Sequence record: SRR20825019_620
Length of the DNA: 51,006 nt
Strand: one strand, 5' to 3'
Part shown: positions 50,251 to 51,006 of the stretch, one piece after another
Layout of the letters: each line of letters begins with the position of its first letter
Position numbering within the stretch: position 1 is the first letter of the stretch
The notes under the pieces: generated by a model
What the model was told of the DNA's origin: nothing
Seen by the model: the letters and a program-made list of their open reading frames with translations, nothing else
Database searches by the model: none
Translations under genes and position numbers: made by a program

Positions 50251-50384
50251 GCCACAACGTTGTTACGTATGATTAGTGGCGTGTTTAGCATCCAATTTAT
50301 CAAATAAAAACCGAATAGAAAATCCGAGAGAATTTTCGTAAGCATGCGAGAACTAGCCATTAATTATTTACGGTGTTGCCACAC
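50251..50384 (-). repeat. attC-like imperfect palindromic element (~134 bp)
   Basis: Minus strand begins GTGTGGCAAC just after the ATPase stop and ends GTTGTGGC. The plus strand folds: CAACG/TGTTG, CGTA/TACG, TGATTAGTGGC/GCCATTAATTA, inner GAAAAT/ATTTTC. Confidence 0.6.
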
Positions 50385-50903
50385 GTTTTTATTCCGCAAT
50401 GGTTATTCCATCTTTCATTTCAATTTCGCTTGGTTTCTCAAACCAATTTTCCATAAAATCAAAATTTTCTCTGCTAACCTCAAACTCAAAGGTTTCTCCT
50501 TTTTCGGAATTCCGTTTCATTACTCTTTCCCAACGAGTTTCTTTTGAAATGTCCAAAAAATGAGTCTTCAGTTCATATCCATTCTTTTCCGCAAACTTTC
50601 TGAATTTGTCTCGATGCTCGAATTTTGAAAGCCCTAAGTCCAGTATAGAGTCAGTTTTTGCGTGTTCTAATTGCTTTACTAACTCCATTATCATTTCTTC
50701 CGATCTTTCAATTCTTTCTAAAAACCATTCCAATCCGTCGGTCGGTTTTTTATCAGCAAGAAATAGAATCTTATTCCACTTGTCAATCGAAAAGATTATT
50801 CCGTTATTTTTCCCTTTCAATTTCGCTGAATAAGTTGTTTTTCCAGAACCAGTATTTCCAACTATAAGATGAATCATTTATGATATTTTTTAATGTGTGG
50901 CAA
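50258..50903 (-). mobile_element. Putative integron-like single-gene cassette carrying the P-loop gene
   Basis: Gene flanked by perfect 10-bp inverted ends GTTGCCACAC (50375-50384) and GTGTGGCAAC (50895-50904) plus the attC-like hairpin; no integrase seen in the window. Confidence 0.5.
50389..50877 (-). CDS. Small P-loop NTPase / predicted kinase (AAA_33-like)
   Basis: IVGNTGSGKTT Walker A, FSIDKW, ILDLG, RWERVMKRN lid, FEKP. Confidence 0.85.
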   Translation of the reverse strand: MIHLIVGNTGSGKTTYSAKLKGKNNGIIFSIDKWNKILFLADKKPTDGLEWFLERIERSEEMIMELVKQLEHAKTDSILDLGLSKFEHRDKFRKFAEKNGYELKTHFLDISKETRWERVMKRNSEKGETFEFEVSRENFDFMENWFEKPSEIEMKDGITIAE

Positions 50904-51006
50904 CGACAAGGATTCGCAGTTAGCCCTTAATAAGTTAGTAGATAAAAATATACATTAGAAGTGTCTAAATCAAGAACCAAAATAGAAGAAGAAAAGAGAA
51001 TCTTTG

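Noticed and set aside
50163-50360. 65-aa minus-strand ORF
   Set aside because: Mostly a translation of the attC-like palindrome and runs into the MerR promoter
50375-50904. 10-bp inverted repeats as IS or MITE ends
   Set aside because: The enclosed gene is not a transposase and no target-site duplication is visible; the cassette interpretation fits better

Overview
A gene-dense chromosomal window from a Bacteroidota bacterium. The basis is TAnnTTTG promoters, SusC/SusD, T9SS type A and B C-terminal domains, Gln at +1 of most signal peptides and a long 1110-aa SecA; Flavobacteriales is likely but is inference. Positions 1-39.9 kb are mostly housekeeping and envelope genes: GH113, two FKBPs, a MetZ-like lyase, MscS, msrA/msrB, YhhQ, aroB, proline dehydrogenase, hemF, guaA, secA, a KdsC-like phosphatase, a thiolase and a PorE-like OmpA protein. 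This part also holds three T9SS cargo proteins, one with a Reelin-subrepeat-like domain. The best candidate for an undescribed system is 40.0-47.6 kb. An ECF-type promoter precedes a degenerate DUF2064/TIGR04282-like protein ending in the ribosome-arrest-type motif RGPP. It is followed directly by SusC, SusD, a sodium:solute symporter and a metallophosphoesterase-fold protein that has lost several metal ligands but has a CGC-x7-C motif, with no CAZyme in the cluster. The last ~1.9 kb is AT-rich. It holds a TipA/Mta-type MerR regulator with a visible operator, and a P-loop gene packaged like an integron cassette (matching inverted ends plus an attC-like hairpin), with no integrase in the window. 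No rRNA, tRNA, CRISPR array or transposase was recognised. All calls are by-eye motif recognition; no database searches were run.
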